Positions 29,268 to 38,715 of a stretch of DNA of 46,205 nt are shown piece by piece. The translations under genes and the position numbers were made by a program. Location: sequence record DRR723986_7317, one strand, 5' to 3'. Each line of letters starts with the position of its first letter. The first letter of the stretch is position 1. The notes below the pieces were generated by a model. The model was not told the DNA's origin. It saw only the letters and a list, made by a program, of their open reading frames with translations, and made no database searches.

Positions 29268-30008
29268 CTAGCGGGCCGATGGTAGCTGCTGCAGCAGAAG
29301 CGTTGCGCCCTTGCCGCCTTGCTTTTCCAGCTGCTGGAGTGCCGTCCGGCCTCCGCTGGCGAAAACGGCAACCGCTTTCAAAAGATCGGCCAGTTGCTGG
29401 GCAGACCCGGAATCAAACCGGCAAAAGGCGCCGTTGGTCAGTCTGGCCATCTCGCGAAACGCGCGCTCAGCGACGCCGTCACGCCCCTCCTGAAACAGGA
29501 ACATCGGCACACCAAGCATGCCCAGCTGACCAGCCTTGTCACACAGGGCATCCACGTCCTCCTCCATACAATCGCCGACATAGACCAGCGCCGCGATTTT
29601 CTCGGTATTGGCCGCGGACAAGGCAGCCGAGAGCACCTTTCGGATCTGGGTACGCCCACCCTGACAGGAAATCCGGCTCATGGCCTGGGCAAGCTCAGTG
29701 CCGCTGGAAAACCAGCGGGACGCCCGGCATTCACCGAAACCGCGAAAATAGACAAGCTTGATGCTGAGGCCTGAAATCTTGCCGGCTTCCTGAAACATCT
29801 CCGCCTGGATCTGACAGGCCTGGTCCCAGGTCGGTTGACGGCTCATGGTAGCGTCCAGGGCAAACACCAACCGCCCGCCGCTGCCCGGTTGCGGTGCAAT
29901 TTCCTTGGCCTTCTGAAGAAAGGCAGCAACATCGGAATCGGCTGAAGGCACGCGGGCGTCCTGCTTGACCATAGGGTCTACCGTGCCTTTGCCGGTCTTG
30001 ACGTTCAC
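29268..30008 (-). CDS. Stand-alone VWA domain protein
   Basis: RLVFALDATMSR (MIDAS-like DxTxS), GGRTQI and LVYVGD. GTG 30008 has AAGGAGG 5 nt upstream. Confidence 0.85.
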   Translation of the reverse strand: MNVKTGKGTVDPMVKQDARVPSADSDVAAFLQKAKEIAPQPGSGGRLVFALDATMSRQPTWDQACQIQAEMFQEAGKISGLSIKLVYFRGFGECRASRWFSSGTELAQAMSRISCQGGRTQIRKVLSAALSAANTEKIAALVYVGDCMEEDVDALCDKAGQLGMLGVPMFLFQEGRDGVAERAFREMARLTNGAFCRFDSGSAQQLADLLKAVAVFASGGRTALQQLEKQGGKGATLLLQQLPSAR

Positions 30009-30111
30009 GGCCGCCTCCTTCTGCCAGTTGGTGACACTCAACTTGGGTCGGGGCAGCCGTTTTGGCAAGTCTCAAGCCGTCGGATGCGACATGGCGCAGC
30101 CGATCATGTTC

Positions 30112-30753
30112 TTACGCTGCCGCTGAAATCAGGCGTGTCTTTCCGGGCCGAGCCATCTGCAGATATACCTCCATGACGAGGACGTTAGGCACCCAGCACA
30201 GCCAGGCGATAAGTGGATAGACGACTTCAAAATCGACCCCTGCCGCCATACTGCTCCCCAGATAGACCCGCAATGTTACGGCAGCAAATGTAAGAGCTGC
30301 CGAACGCAGCATCCAGGCTCGGTGACGCGGGAATTGCCGCCTCAAGGCAAAGGCGAACGCGATGCCGGTCGTCGCCAGCCACAAGACTGCGAGAATCGCA
30401 AAGCCTGTTGCAGCGAAGGTCCCTGCAGTCGTGTGAAAAGCCAGCTGAAGTCCCGCAATCCCCGAGATCAGGATCGACACGACGTACCCTCGCCCCAGCC
30501 AGCGATGCAGTTTCGGCCTGCTGGCTCGCAACCTTGTCATGAATTGAAACGGCATCAACGCAAGTGCGATCGGTGCAACACCGATATGGGCGTAGAGCAT
30601 CAGCGCATTTCCGTCGAGGTTATGCGCCACGAATTCCATTGAAGCAGATACCCCCAGCGCCAAAAACCTCAATGAAGCCACGGCGACCAGAGCGGCGCTC
30701 ACGGCTGCCGTCCAAAAAGCCACGTTTGCTGCAAACCTAGAAACCATCGACAT
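30112..30753 (-). CDS. DUF2306 family membrane protein
   Basis: LYAHI, LHRWLGRGYV, HRAWMLRSAALTFAAVTLR and WLCWVPN; GGAGG RBS. Confidence 0.85.
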   Translation of the reverse strand: MSMVSRFAANVAFWTAAVSAALVAVASLRFLALGVSASMEFVAHNLDGNALMLYAHIGVAPIALALMPFQFMTRLRASRPKLHRWLGRGYVVSILISGIAGLQLAFHTTAGTFAATGFAILAVLWLATTGIAFAFALRRQFPRHRAWMLRSAALTFAAVTLRVYLGSSMAAGVDFEVVYPLIAWLCWVPNVLVMEVYLQMARPGKTRLISAAA

Positions 30754-30771
30754 ACCGATCCTCCAACATAA

Positions 30772-30812
30772 CTTGACAGTGTCAAGATAAAGTGAAACTT
30801 GACACTGTCAAG
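30772..30812. promoter_or_regulatory. Two perfect CTTGACA-N-TGTCAAG operators
   Basis: CTTGACAGTGTCAAG (30772-30786) and CTTGACACTGTCAAG (30798-30812), between the divergent DUF2306 and TetR genes. Confidence 0.82.
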
Positions 30813-30815
30813 CGA

Positions 30816-31436
30816 ATGACCGATGAAGACCGCATGACAGTTACTCCTCCTCGTCGCAAAAGAGACGGCAGTCTTCGAAAAGCCCTGGTTGATGCAGGTG
30901 TGGCGCTTTTGCGAGAACGTGGTCCGGACAAGCTCTCGTTGCGTGAATGCGCCGCCAAGGCAGGTGTGTCACACGCTGCGCCCGGGTATCACTTCAAGAA
31001 CATCGCAGGTTTGTCGACGGCGATTGCAGCGCGCGGTTTCGCCCTGTTTTGCCGAGCGATGGAACAACGCCTCGATGCATCTCCTCCTGCGGCAACAGAA
31101 AGACTGAGCGCGATCTGTCAGGGGTACCTGGATTTCGCCACCGGCCACCCGGAGCTGTTCCTGTTCATTTTTTCGGGACAGAAGTTCAATGAGGATGACG
31201 AGGAATTCGCGGTCCACGCCTCAAGGGCCTACGCCATCCTGCGCGAAACATGCGCACCGCTGATCCCTGAAGGGACCGATCCGGAAGAAATCGAGATACT
31301 CGTGTGGTCGCTGGTGCATGGCTATGCCCATCTTGCCATGACACGAAAGAAGGAAAACCCGGGCCTCGGGCGCGGCTGGCCGGAACTCGGCACACTGGTC
31401 ACGCATCTTCAGAAGGCCCTGCCGGATCCAGGCTGA
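30816..31436 (+). CDS. TetR family regulator (WHG domain)
   Basis: LSLRECAAKAGVSHAAPGYHF and WSLVHG. Start 30816 or 30834. Confidence 0.92.
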   Translation: MTDEDRMTVTPPRRKRDGSLRKALVDAGVALLRERGPDKLSLRECAAKAGVSHAAPGYHFKNIAGLSTAIAARGFALFCRAMEQRLDASPPAATERLSAICQGYLDFATGHPELFLFIFSGQKFNEDDEEFAVHASRAYAILRETCAPLIPEGTDPEEIEILVWSLVHGYAHLAMTRKKENPGLGRGWPELGTLVTHLQKALPDPG

Positions 31437-31446
31437 TATCAGCGGA

Positions 31447-31881
31447 TCAAAGCAGGCAGAGTTCCGTAAGATCCCGCCGCATGTCCTCCGGCATGGCGTG
31501 TGCCGCGCCACCAGCCTTGAGATCCGCCGGCGCGTCCTGCGCCTTCAGATATCGCCAGCCCTGAAATGGCCGCTTGGGCTGGTACTGCGTCAGGATCAGT
31601 CTCGGCTCCATCACCAGGTCGCAGCGTTTGACGCCCGCCTGATCCGTAAACGGCCTGATGTCGATCAGGTGCTGACGCACCTGGATCTTGCCCTTGATCA
31701 CCCAATAGAGAGACCCACCGTCCAGAAGCTCGTCCTTGCGGGTTGGCACCATGCGCGTCGTATGGATCGTTTCCGCCGGAAGTCCCGATTTGCGGGCGTT
31801 CTCCATACGAAAATCGATCCAGGCCTGAAGAGACTCGACGCTGTCCGCGCCGACGCACAGTTTTACCAGATGCAAGGTCAT
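31447..31881 (-). CDS. DUF1489 family protein
   Basis: LHLVKLCVG, TRMVPTRKDELLDGGSLYWVIKG and RPFQGWRYL. Confidence 0.88.
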   Translation of the reverse strand: MTLHLVKLCVGADSVESLQAWIDFRMENARKSGLPAETIHTTRMVPTRKDELLDGGSLYWVIKGKIQVRQHLIDIRPFTDQAGVKRCDLVMEPRLILTQYQPKRPFQGWRYLKAQDAPADLKAGGAAHAMPEDMRRDLTELCLL

Positions 31882-32002
31882 GCTTCTGACGTATCAGGCT
31901 TCCCGCCAAGGTCAAGATTGTGGCGAGAAACGGCGGTGGATTGTCCAATTTCGCAGGCAGCTTCAGCTTGCGCCGATGGCAAGAACGGGGTTCTCTTTGC
32001 CC

Positions 32003-32887
32003 ATGGAAGTATTTGTAACGGGTGGAACCGGCGAGATCGGTTCTGCCGTGGTAAAGCGGCTGGTTCAAGATGGTGCCAGGGTAATCGGTCTGGCCCGCTC
32101 TGACGCGTCCTCGGCAAAGCTGCGTGCGTTCGGTGCAAGTGCTTACCCGGGCGACTTGCGAGCACCGGAAAGCTGGGTATCACGGGCGGCCTCATGCGAT
32201 GCCGTCATCCATCTTGGTGCAACTTTTTCCGAAGACATGGGCCGTGTTGACCGCCAGAGCATGCTTGCGTTGAAGCAGGCATCAAGGCACCGCAAGCAGC
32301 CGCTCAAGATTATCTACACCGGAGGCATCTGGCTCTTTCCCGCAACGACAGGCGACAGCCTGCTGACCGAGAAAACCCAGTTCGCGCCCCTACCCGCGTT
32401 TCGCTTCATGACCGAGACGATCAGGACCCTGTCACACGGAACGGATCTCAATCTGACGGTCATTCATCCGGCCCTCGCCTGCGGCCAGACGACCGGTCCG
32501 ATTGCCGAGATGACGGCCGCGCTGAAGGAAGGCAGGCCGTTTGAAACCCGCGCGACGTCGCAAACCAAATGGGCGCTTGTTGAAATCAACGACCTTGCCG
32601 CGCTTTATGCTCTTGCCCTCAAGAACGCACGGTTCCGGATGTCCCTGATCGCGAGCTGCATTCCCGGCATCTCGGTCGGTCATCTGGCATCTCACATTTC
32701 AGCCCGCCACGGACTGCCGCTGGAAATCGTGACAGTTCTCGCCCCTGAGGCAACCGAACCGCTTACCGACTGGGCCGCCGGTTTTGCCTTGTCGCAGTCC
32801 GTCGACGTCAGCCATGCCCAAAGGGCAACTGGCTGGCAACCGGAACATTCGACAATAGAGGACCTCGTGGTATCCCTGTCAAAATAG
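32003..32887 (+). CDS. NAD-dependent epimerase/dehydratase family protein
   Basis: VFVTGGTGEIGSAVV..L, LARSD, DAVIHLG and IYTGG. Confidence 0.88.
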   Translation: MEVFVTGGTGEIGSAVVKRLVQDGARVIGLARSDASSAKLRAFGASAYPGDLRAPESWVSRAASCDAVIHLGATFSEDMGRVDRQSMLALKQASRHRKQPLKIIYTGGIWLFPATTGDSLLTEKTQFAPLPAFRFMTETIRTLSHGTDLNLTVIHPALACGQTTGPIAEMTAALKEGRPFETRATSQTKWALVEINDLAALYALALKNARFRMSLIASCIPGISVGHLASHISARHGLPLEIVTVLAPEATEPLTDWAAGFALSQSVDVSHAQRATGWQPEHSTIEDLVVSLSK

Positions 32888-33000
32888 ACGATAACCTTGA
32901 GTTTTGAGCAGCTTAGCGCCCCGAGTCCGGTATTGGACAAAGACTTTCTAAAGTTTTGAAGGTGTATGATCCGGACAAAAGCTCAATACAGGGTCCGGGC

Positions 33001-33543
33001 GTGTTACGTACATTCACATCGTTGCTGGTCTTTCTCGTTTCCGTTTTGCCACTTCAGGCGGAAAGCATCCCCGTTGGCATATTCAAGGTGGTGAACACAG
33101 AAGGGTTCGTTCAAAGCAACGGCGAGCGCATCGCGCTGGCAACCGACATGAACGAAGGCACGGCCCTGATCGAAAGGGATGCCACCAACCGTCTTGATGT
33201 CGAGATCAACGGCGCCAAACTGAGCCTGTTTCCGCTGGAACAAGGCCTGGCCGCGCTGACGTGGGACGCCAACGGAACGTCCCTGCTTCATGGCATCGAC
33301 ATTCAGGCATTGTTCGGGAAAGACAATCCGGAAGATGTTCCGGCCTGGGGCGCGGAACTGGACTGGCCAGGATCCGGCACCGTCCAGCTTGTACTTCTGC
33401 CTCTGGGTGAAAGAGCCTATACCGCGTTCCTCATCAGCCATCCCGGCAACAGGACAGTGGTGCGGCAAATGGAATTCAGGCAGTCCTACGGGCCGTCGGA
33501 CAGACCCGAGATTTCGTTCTCAACCAGTTCTGCCGGAAACTGA
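33001..33543 (+). CDS. Hypothetical secreted beta-rich protein
   Basis: Signal-peptide-like N-terminus (LRTFTSLLVFLVSVLPLQA) from GTG 33001, followed by a terminator. No family recognised. Confidence 0.65.
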   Translation: MLRTFTSLLVFLVSVLPLQAESIPVGIFKVVNTEGFVQSNGERIALATDMNEGTALIERDATNRLDVEINGAKLSLFPLEQGLAALTWDANGTSLLHGIDIQALFGKDNPEDVPAWGAELDWPGSGTVQLVLLPLGERAYTAFLISHPGNRTVVRQMEFRQSYGPSDRPEISFSTSSAGN

Positions 33544-33610
33544 CAAACCCGAAGTTCGAGCGACGCCTTCCCAGCTCGGAGAATACCGAGCTCGCATAAA
33601 ATGTCCGCTA

Positions 33611-33650
33611 AAACGACAAAAGGCGCAGCCTCACGCTGCGCCTTTGTTTT
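33611..33650. terminator. Bidirectional Rho-independent terminator
   Basis: CAAAAGGCGCAGC-CTCAC-GCTGCGCCTTTGTTTT, with A/T tracts on both sides. Confidence 0.82.
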
Positions 33651-33667
33651 CCTTGCGTCCCGCTGGC

Positions 33668-33802
33668 TTATTTGGCGGCGGCGACGGCTTGTTGTGCACT
33701 TTCAACATCGTTGAACAGAAGTACCATCGTCAATGCGAGGCCCACTGCAGCGACAGTCCAGAGAGTGACGCTCCAACAAGATTTCTGCACGTTTTCGTCC
33801 AT
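33668..33802 (-). CDS. Small (44 aa) single-TM protein
   Basis: MDENVQKSCWSVTLWTVAAVGLALTMVLLFNDVESAQQAVAAAK; the stop lies 17 nt before the bidirectional terminator. Confidence 0.55.
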   Translation of the reverse strand: MDENVQKSCWSVTLWTVAAVGLALTMVLLFNDVESAQQAVAAAK

Positions 33803-34062
33803 AAAAACCCTACATATTGTTGTGCGACGCCGGGTCCCACCGACCTCAAATATGGCGCCATTGAGGCGAGGAGGTAAACGATCCATTACCATTTCGCAAG
33901 CGCAAAAAAAGAGCAGCTGATCCCGCATTTTTGCATTCCTCGTTTCGCATCAGGAAATTCAGCCACTTAGTCCTCTCGATGCTGCCAGTTAGGGACCAGG
34001 AAAAAGTCTGGTAAGACAGACCATGGTCGGATTCGGCCACCGGAGAATCAAAAGGGATCAGG

Positions 34063-34818
34063 ATGCACGCGCTCTCGAATATGGACCTGGCAGCAGCCGC
34101 CTGGTTTCTGTTTGCCTGGCTCGGTTTCAATTTGCTGATCGATGTCAGTCCGCTGCGTAAAAAGACATTGTCCAGCGCCATGGAAACCTACAGACGCGGC
34201 TGGATGCGTGCCATGAGCCTGCGGGAAGTCCGCATCATGGACACGTCTATCATGTCCGGTCTGCAACAAGGCACCGCCTTCTTCGCGTCAACGTCCCTAC
34301 TGGCGATCGGCGGCGGTTTTGCGCTGCTGGATGCAACGGAACGCATCGTTCAGGTCGCTGGTGACCTGTCCATCCCGGTGGCCGACAGCCGCGCGCTCTG
34401 GGAAATCAAGGTGCTCGCCCTGATGCTGATCTTTGCCTATGGATTTTTCAAATTCGGCTGGGCGTACCGGCTCTTCAATTATGCCAGCATCGTCATGGGC
34501 GCAGTCCCGCAACAAGGTCAGGCACCTGACGAAGTGATCGCGAAAATGGCTGCGCAGGCGGGGGAGCTGGGCGTTCTCGCCGGCCGCCATTTCAATCGCG
34601 GCCAGCGAGCGCTGTTCTTTTCGATCGGCTTCCTTGGGTGGTTCGCCGGGCCTTATGTATTTGCCGCAACCACCCTCGCCGTTCTCCTGGTCCTGCTGCG
34701 TCGTCAGTTCGTTTCCAAGGCCAGAGCCGCCGTGCTCTTGGGGCAATATCCGAACTTGGGATCCGCGGACAAATCCGGCGAATACACCGATACGGGTTCA
34801 TCAAACCCCTTCACCTGA
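34063..34818 (+). CDS. DUF599 family membrane protein
   Basis: RRGWMRAMSLREVRIMD, AFFASTSLLAIGG, FFKFGWAYRLFNY and HFNRGQRALFFS. Confidence 0.88.
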   Translation: MHALSNMDLAAAAWFLFAWLGFNLLIDVSPLRKKTLSSAMETYRRGWMRAMSLREVRIMDTSIMSGLQQGTAFFASTSLLAIGGGFALLDATERIVQVAGDLSIPVADSRALWEIKVLALMLIFAYGFFKFGWAYRLFNYASIVMGAVPQQGQAPDEVIAKMAAQAGELGVLAGRHFNRGQRALFFSIGFLGWFAGPYVFAATTLAVLLVLLRRQFVSKARAAVLLGQYPNLGSADKSGEYTDTGSSNPFT

Positions 34819-35951
34819 TAGCGACCAAAAAGGCCCGACCGGCACCCCATGATATCGGCCAGGGCATCCGAGACCAGAAGCTGGCGCTGCAGGTCCTTTG
34901 CAAGCTCTGCAATACGGGCCGCAAGATTGACCACAGGGCCGACGACCGTGAAGTCCAGCCGCGTTTCGCTGCCGACATTGCCGTAGAAGACATCGCCCGC
35001 ATGAAGGGCAATTCCAACGCTCAGGTCAGGTGTGACCGAACAGGTTCGGGCCGTGTTGATCGCCTCGATCCGCGTCAGCGTTTCACGTGCTGCCATCAGC
35101 GCACGCACCGAGGCGTCCCTGGCTTCCTCTTCGGTCTCATACGGAAAGATCGCCATTACTTCATCGCCAATGAACTTCAGCACCTCGCCACCGTGGGCTT
35201 CGACAGCTGCTGTCATCGCTCCGAAATACTTGTTCAGAAACAATACGATCTTGTCAGCCGGAAGTGTGTTGGAAAGACGCGTGAACCCACGGATGTCGGC
35301 GAAGCTGACAACCGCCTTGATCCACTCGCCTTCTCCACGCCGCGTGGTGCCGTCCAGAACCTTCGAACCTGCCCGCGGGCCGACATAGGTGTCCAGAACG
35401 GTTTCAGCGGTGCGGCGTAGTGTTTTGAGTTCACACACGAGGGCAAGCGGCTGGATCAGCGATTCAAAAACGCCGATATGCGACCCTGAAAATCCGCCTG
35501 GTGTCTTGGTGGCGAAACTCGCAACCTTCACCGAGCCGTCGGAGAACCGCATGGGCAGAGCGATATAGTCGGTATAGCCTTCCTGGCGCAGCTCTGCGGT
35601 AATCGGAAATTCGTCGGCGACAGCCGGCTTCTTGCCGATTTCCACTCGAACGGCCTTCTGCGTTTCATGCACGCGCTTGATCGGGCTTTTCTGGTACTCG
35701 TCCTGCGATTTGTTCTCCGCAGTGTGAAGACGCAATTCCGGCGTCTGGCCGTTGACCCAGATCGAGCTTTCCGCGCGCACGTTCGGATGCACCACCCAGA
35801 TCCCTGTGGTGACACGATCGACCGGAACTTTTCCGGCGCGCAGACGTTTCGCCATCTCAGTGACGATTTCCAGCGTCCCCTTCAATTGGGGCGCATCGCT
35901 GTAGAGCCATTGTACGACGTCTGCCGCAACGATCGGCGCTTCGAGGACCAT
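34704..35951 (-). CDS. Class III adenylate cyclase with N-terminal GAF-like domain
   Basis: FADIRGFT, VLKFIGD, VGIALHAG, GNVG..RLDFTVVGPVVNLAARI and VKG. ATG 35951 has AAAGGA upstream. Confidence 0.9.
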   Translation of the reverse strand: MVLEAPIVAADVVQWLYSDAPQLKGTLEIVTEMAKRLRAGKVPVDRVTTGIWVVHPNVRAESSIWVNGQTPELRLHTAENKSQDEYQKSPIKRVHETQKAVRVEIGKKPAVADEFPITAELRQEGYTDYIALPMRFSDGSVKVASFATKTPGGFSGSHIGVFESLIQPLALVCELKTLRRTAETVLDTYVGPRAGSKVLDGTTRRGEGEWIKAVVSFADIRGFTRLSNTLPADKIVLFLNKYFGAMTAAVEAHGGEVLKFIGDEVMAIFPYETEEEARDASVRALMAARETLTRIEAINTARTCSVTPDLSVGIALHAGDVFYGNVGSETRLDFTVVGPVVNLAARIAELAKDLQRQLLVSDALADIMGCRSGLFGRYQVKGFDEPVSVYSPDLSADPKFGYCPKSTAALALETN

Positions 35952-36063
35952 CAGCCCACGTCCTTTCAAATCCCTGATTGAGCCCAGTATATGGGAACAT
36001 GCTCCGCACAGTAAAAGAGGTTCGATTTCAAAAGTCGCTGGCAGTCGAAAGGGTTTTGCAAAT

Positions 36064-36861
36064 TCATGGACCAGGGAAGAATTCCGTGCTCCTGCCAAGC
36101 ATCCAGTAGACAGCCAGACCAACCCATTCCCGGTAGGCGATATCAAAGCGCCGAAGGCCTTTTGAAGCACCGTCGAAGCCAAGCGACTTGTCCTGCGGTC
36201 CACGCGTACGATAGTCGACCGGATATGCCGTCACCCCGGTCCAACCGGCCTTTTCAAACACTCCCATGGCGCGCGGCATGTGATAGGCCGAAGTGACAAG
36301 AAGCCACTGCTGTCCGGGCTGTGGTTGCACAATATCCTTTGCGTAGACTGCGTTTTGCCAGGTGTTCTGGGACTTGTCTTCCAGAATGACGCGATCGGCA
36401 GAGATGCCGAAATCTCGAAACAGTCGCGCAGCCCCTTCGGCTTCTGTTGCCTGGTCCGACACGATCATGCCCTGCCCACCGGTGTGGATGATCTTCGCCT
36501 CCGGCAGCGCTTTGGCCAGCCGCGCAGTGATGGTGATGCGCTCGGCGGACATTGTCAGGGCGGTGTCGCCCCGCACGCCGGTCACCACCGTGTCCACGGC
36601 ACCACCCAGAACGATGATCCCGTCATAATTCTCCAAAGTGCCGGGACGCTGAAAACGGTCCTCGAGGGGCACAATCAACCAGTTGGCTGCCGGTGAGAAA
36701 GCGCAAACCACCAATCCAAGAAAACCGGCAAAAGTCAGAAACCGTCCACTGCGCCGCCACTTTGACGTAAGGCTGAGCACCAATCCCAAAGCCATCAGAA
36801 CAACGAGAAAATTGGATGGTAGGATCAGAAATCCGCCGATCTTGGATAGGTAAACATACAT
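36064..36861 (-). CDS. YdcF/ElyC (DUF218) family protein
   Basis: Two N-terminal TMs; IIVLGG, ERI, TGG, EDKSQNTWQNA, LVTSAYHMPRA and REWVG. Confidence 0.92.
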   Translation of the reverse strand: MYVYLSKIGGFLILPSNFLVVLMALGLVLSLTSKWRRSGRFLTFAGFLGLVVCAFSPAANWLIVPLEDRFQRPGTLENYDGIIVLGGAVDTVVTGVRGDTALTMSAERITITARLAKALPEAKIIHTGGQGMIVSDQATEAEGAARLFRDFGISADRVILEDKSQNTWQNAVYAKDIVQPQPGQQWLLVTSAYHMPRAMGVFEKAGWTGVTAYPVDYRTRGPQDKSLGFDGASKGLRRFDIAYREWVGLAVYWMLGRSTEFFPGP

Positions 36862-37171
36862 CTGAAAAATCCGAATCGTTGCGGGCCCGATGCGTGACAA
36901 AGATACGGTGAAACCGACAATATTGAGACTTGAAGCTGAAGTGAGCACACATCCTGACAGCTTTGAGCCAAAATGGTTTTCACGGTCTTGGTCCGGATTT
37001 TCCAGTCGTTCTCCCGATCGACAATTTCGACAATATTCGAGAAACAGACGTCCGCCCACGCATTGTCACAAATCTCCAGGTTGCATCATTATTGTCTCTT
37101 TATTTCAACGATTTAATTGATTCGAAAGAAAATTCACCCAACGTTAGATTGCAACCCTAGGAGGATCGATC

Positions 37172-37717
37172 ATGAGCCTGCCGATTGAAGTGGACCAGCA
37201 GCAGCCGGAAATCACCAAGGCTCAGATCCCTCTGGAGACAACCGACTTCTTCAATCAGATCATTCGAGAGCTTAGCGGAGCACTGCAGGAAATTGTCGGA
37301 GTGAACGAGGCGGAGGGGTTCATCGCACTGGTAGCCAACCGCATCGGTGAAAAGATCAATTCCGATTACAAGTCTGCCCTGCATCTTGAACAGATCCCTA
37401 GGCCTTTGCTCGCAGACGTCCTGGCTGACCTGAAACGACGGATCGGCGGCCAGTTCAGTGTCGAATATGAAGACGACAAGGTCTTGATCCTCAAGAACGC
37501 CCGCTGCCCGTTCGGAGATCGCGTCAAGGACCGCCCGTCCCTCTGCATGATGACGACAAACGTCTTCGGAAGAATTGCTGCAGATTGCCATGGCTACGCC
37601 AGGGTCCAGATCGACAGGTCAATTGCCCGCGGTGATACTGACTGTCGTGTTGTCGTCCATCTGGCTCCGACCGTAGAGAACGACGTCAACGGCAAAGAAT
37701 TCTACAGGGTTCGATAG
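37172..37717 (+). CDS. Methanogen output domain 1 (MetOD1; V4R/H-NOX-like) protein
   Basis: LQEIVGVNEAEGFI, DLKRRIGGQF, CPFG..V..RPSLCMMTTNVFGRIAA and IARGD..CRVVVHL. Strong AGGAGG RBS. Confidence 0.82.
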   Translation: MSLPIEVDQQQPEITKAQIPLETTDFFNQIIRELSGALQEIVGVNEAEGFIALVANRIGEKINSDYKSALHLEQIPRPLLADVLADLKRRIGGQFSVEYEDDKVLILKNARCPFGDRVKDRPSLCMMTTNVFGRIAADCHGYARVQIDRSIARGDTDCRVVVHLAPTVENDVNGKEFYRVR

Positions 37718-37719
37718 CC

Positions 37720-38715
37720 GTGCCCAGGTCCACTGCCATCATATCGGCCCTTGTGCAGACCATGCCCCAGCCTATTCTGCTGCTGGACGATTATGGCCGT
37801 GTGGTTCTCGCAAATAAGGCAGCCAAATCTCTTGCCGGAATTGGCGTGGGTGAACAACTTTCGGACAAGGTCAGGGATACAGCGCAGGTGGATGACTACC
37901 TGTCGATGTGCAGGTCTTCAACCACTCCCGTTCCGGTGCGCCTGAAACTTCTGTCCGGATATGAAAGCGTTGCCTTTGGCCACAGATTGTCTGTGCCGGG
38001 CACCGGAATTGATGGAGCCGTTCTTGTCCGCTTCGACGAGAACATGAACCTTTCCAGCAAGTTTGCCGCGCTCAACGCCGATATTTCGTCGCTCAACAAC
38101 AAGATCTTGCATTTCGGCCAGGAGCGGACCGAACTTGAAAACCTGGCACTCACGGATCCGCTTACCGGTATCGCCAACCGCCGCGGGTTCGACCAGGAAC
38201 TGGACAAGGAATACAATCGATCTGCTCGCTATAACCACGACTTCTGCATCTCCCTGATCGACCTGGACCATTTCAAGTCGATCAACGATGCCCATGGCCA
38301 CCAGCTTGGAGATGAAATCCTCGTTCATTTTGCGCAAAGGTGTCTGGAACATCTTCGCCAGACGGATGTCGTTTGCCGTGTGGGTGGTGAAGAATTCGCG
38401 CTGATCCTGCCGGAAACAAATCTGGAGCAAGCAACGATTGTCGTCAGCCGCATGCTTGATCTGTTGAACGCGACACCAATGTTCGCGCGCGGCAAGAGAT
38501 ACGCCTATACCGCAAGCGCGGGCCTGGCGGAAAAAAGGTCAGAAGACACCCCTTCCTCGCTTTATGAACGGGCTGACAGAAATCTTTATTTGGCAAAGGA
38601 AACCGGCAGAGCCCGCCTCATCGCCGGGGAGGCCGTCCCCACGGCAGCGGCCATCGAGACCGGAAAATCCGGCGAATGCCGGAAGTCAGGGCTCATCGAT
38701 TCGCAGCATTTCTGA
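37720..38715 (+). CDS. PAS-like domain plus coiled coil plus GGDEF diguanylate cyclase
   Basis: MPQPILLLDDYGRVVLANKAA (PAS start); LTDPLTGIANRR, DLDHFKSINDAHGH, I-site RQTD, GGEEF and ADRNLYLAK..GR. Starts 2 nt after the MetOD1 stop. Confidence 0.93.
   Translation: MPRSTAIISALVQTMPQPILLLDDYGRVVLANKAAKSLAGIGVGEQLSDKVRDTAQVDDYLSMCRSSTTPVPVRLKLLSGYESVAFGHRLSVPGTGIDGAVLVRFDENMNLSSKFAALNADISSLNNKILHFGQERTELENLALTDPLTGIANRRGFDQELDKEYNRSARYNHDFCISLIDLDHFKSINDAHGHQLGDEILVHFAQRCLEHLRQTDVVCRVGGEEFALILPETNLEQATIVVSRMLDLLNATPMFARGKRYAYTASAGLAEKRSEDTPSSLYERADRNLYLAKETGRARLIAGEAVPTAAAIETGKSGECRKSGLIDSQHF

Noticed and set aside
35952-36203. N-terminal extensions in the ORF track (cyclase to 36203, YdcF to 37059, AzlD to 20917, epimerase from 31880)
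   Set aside because: They overlap neighbouring genes or promoters; downstream starts match the family N-termini and in some cases have an RBS or stop-start overlap.
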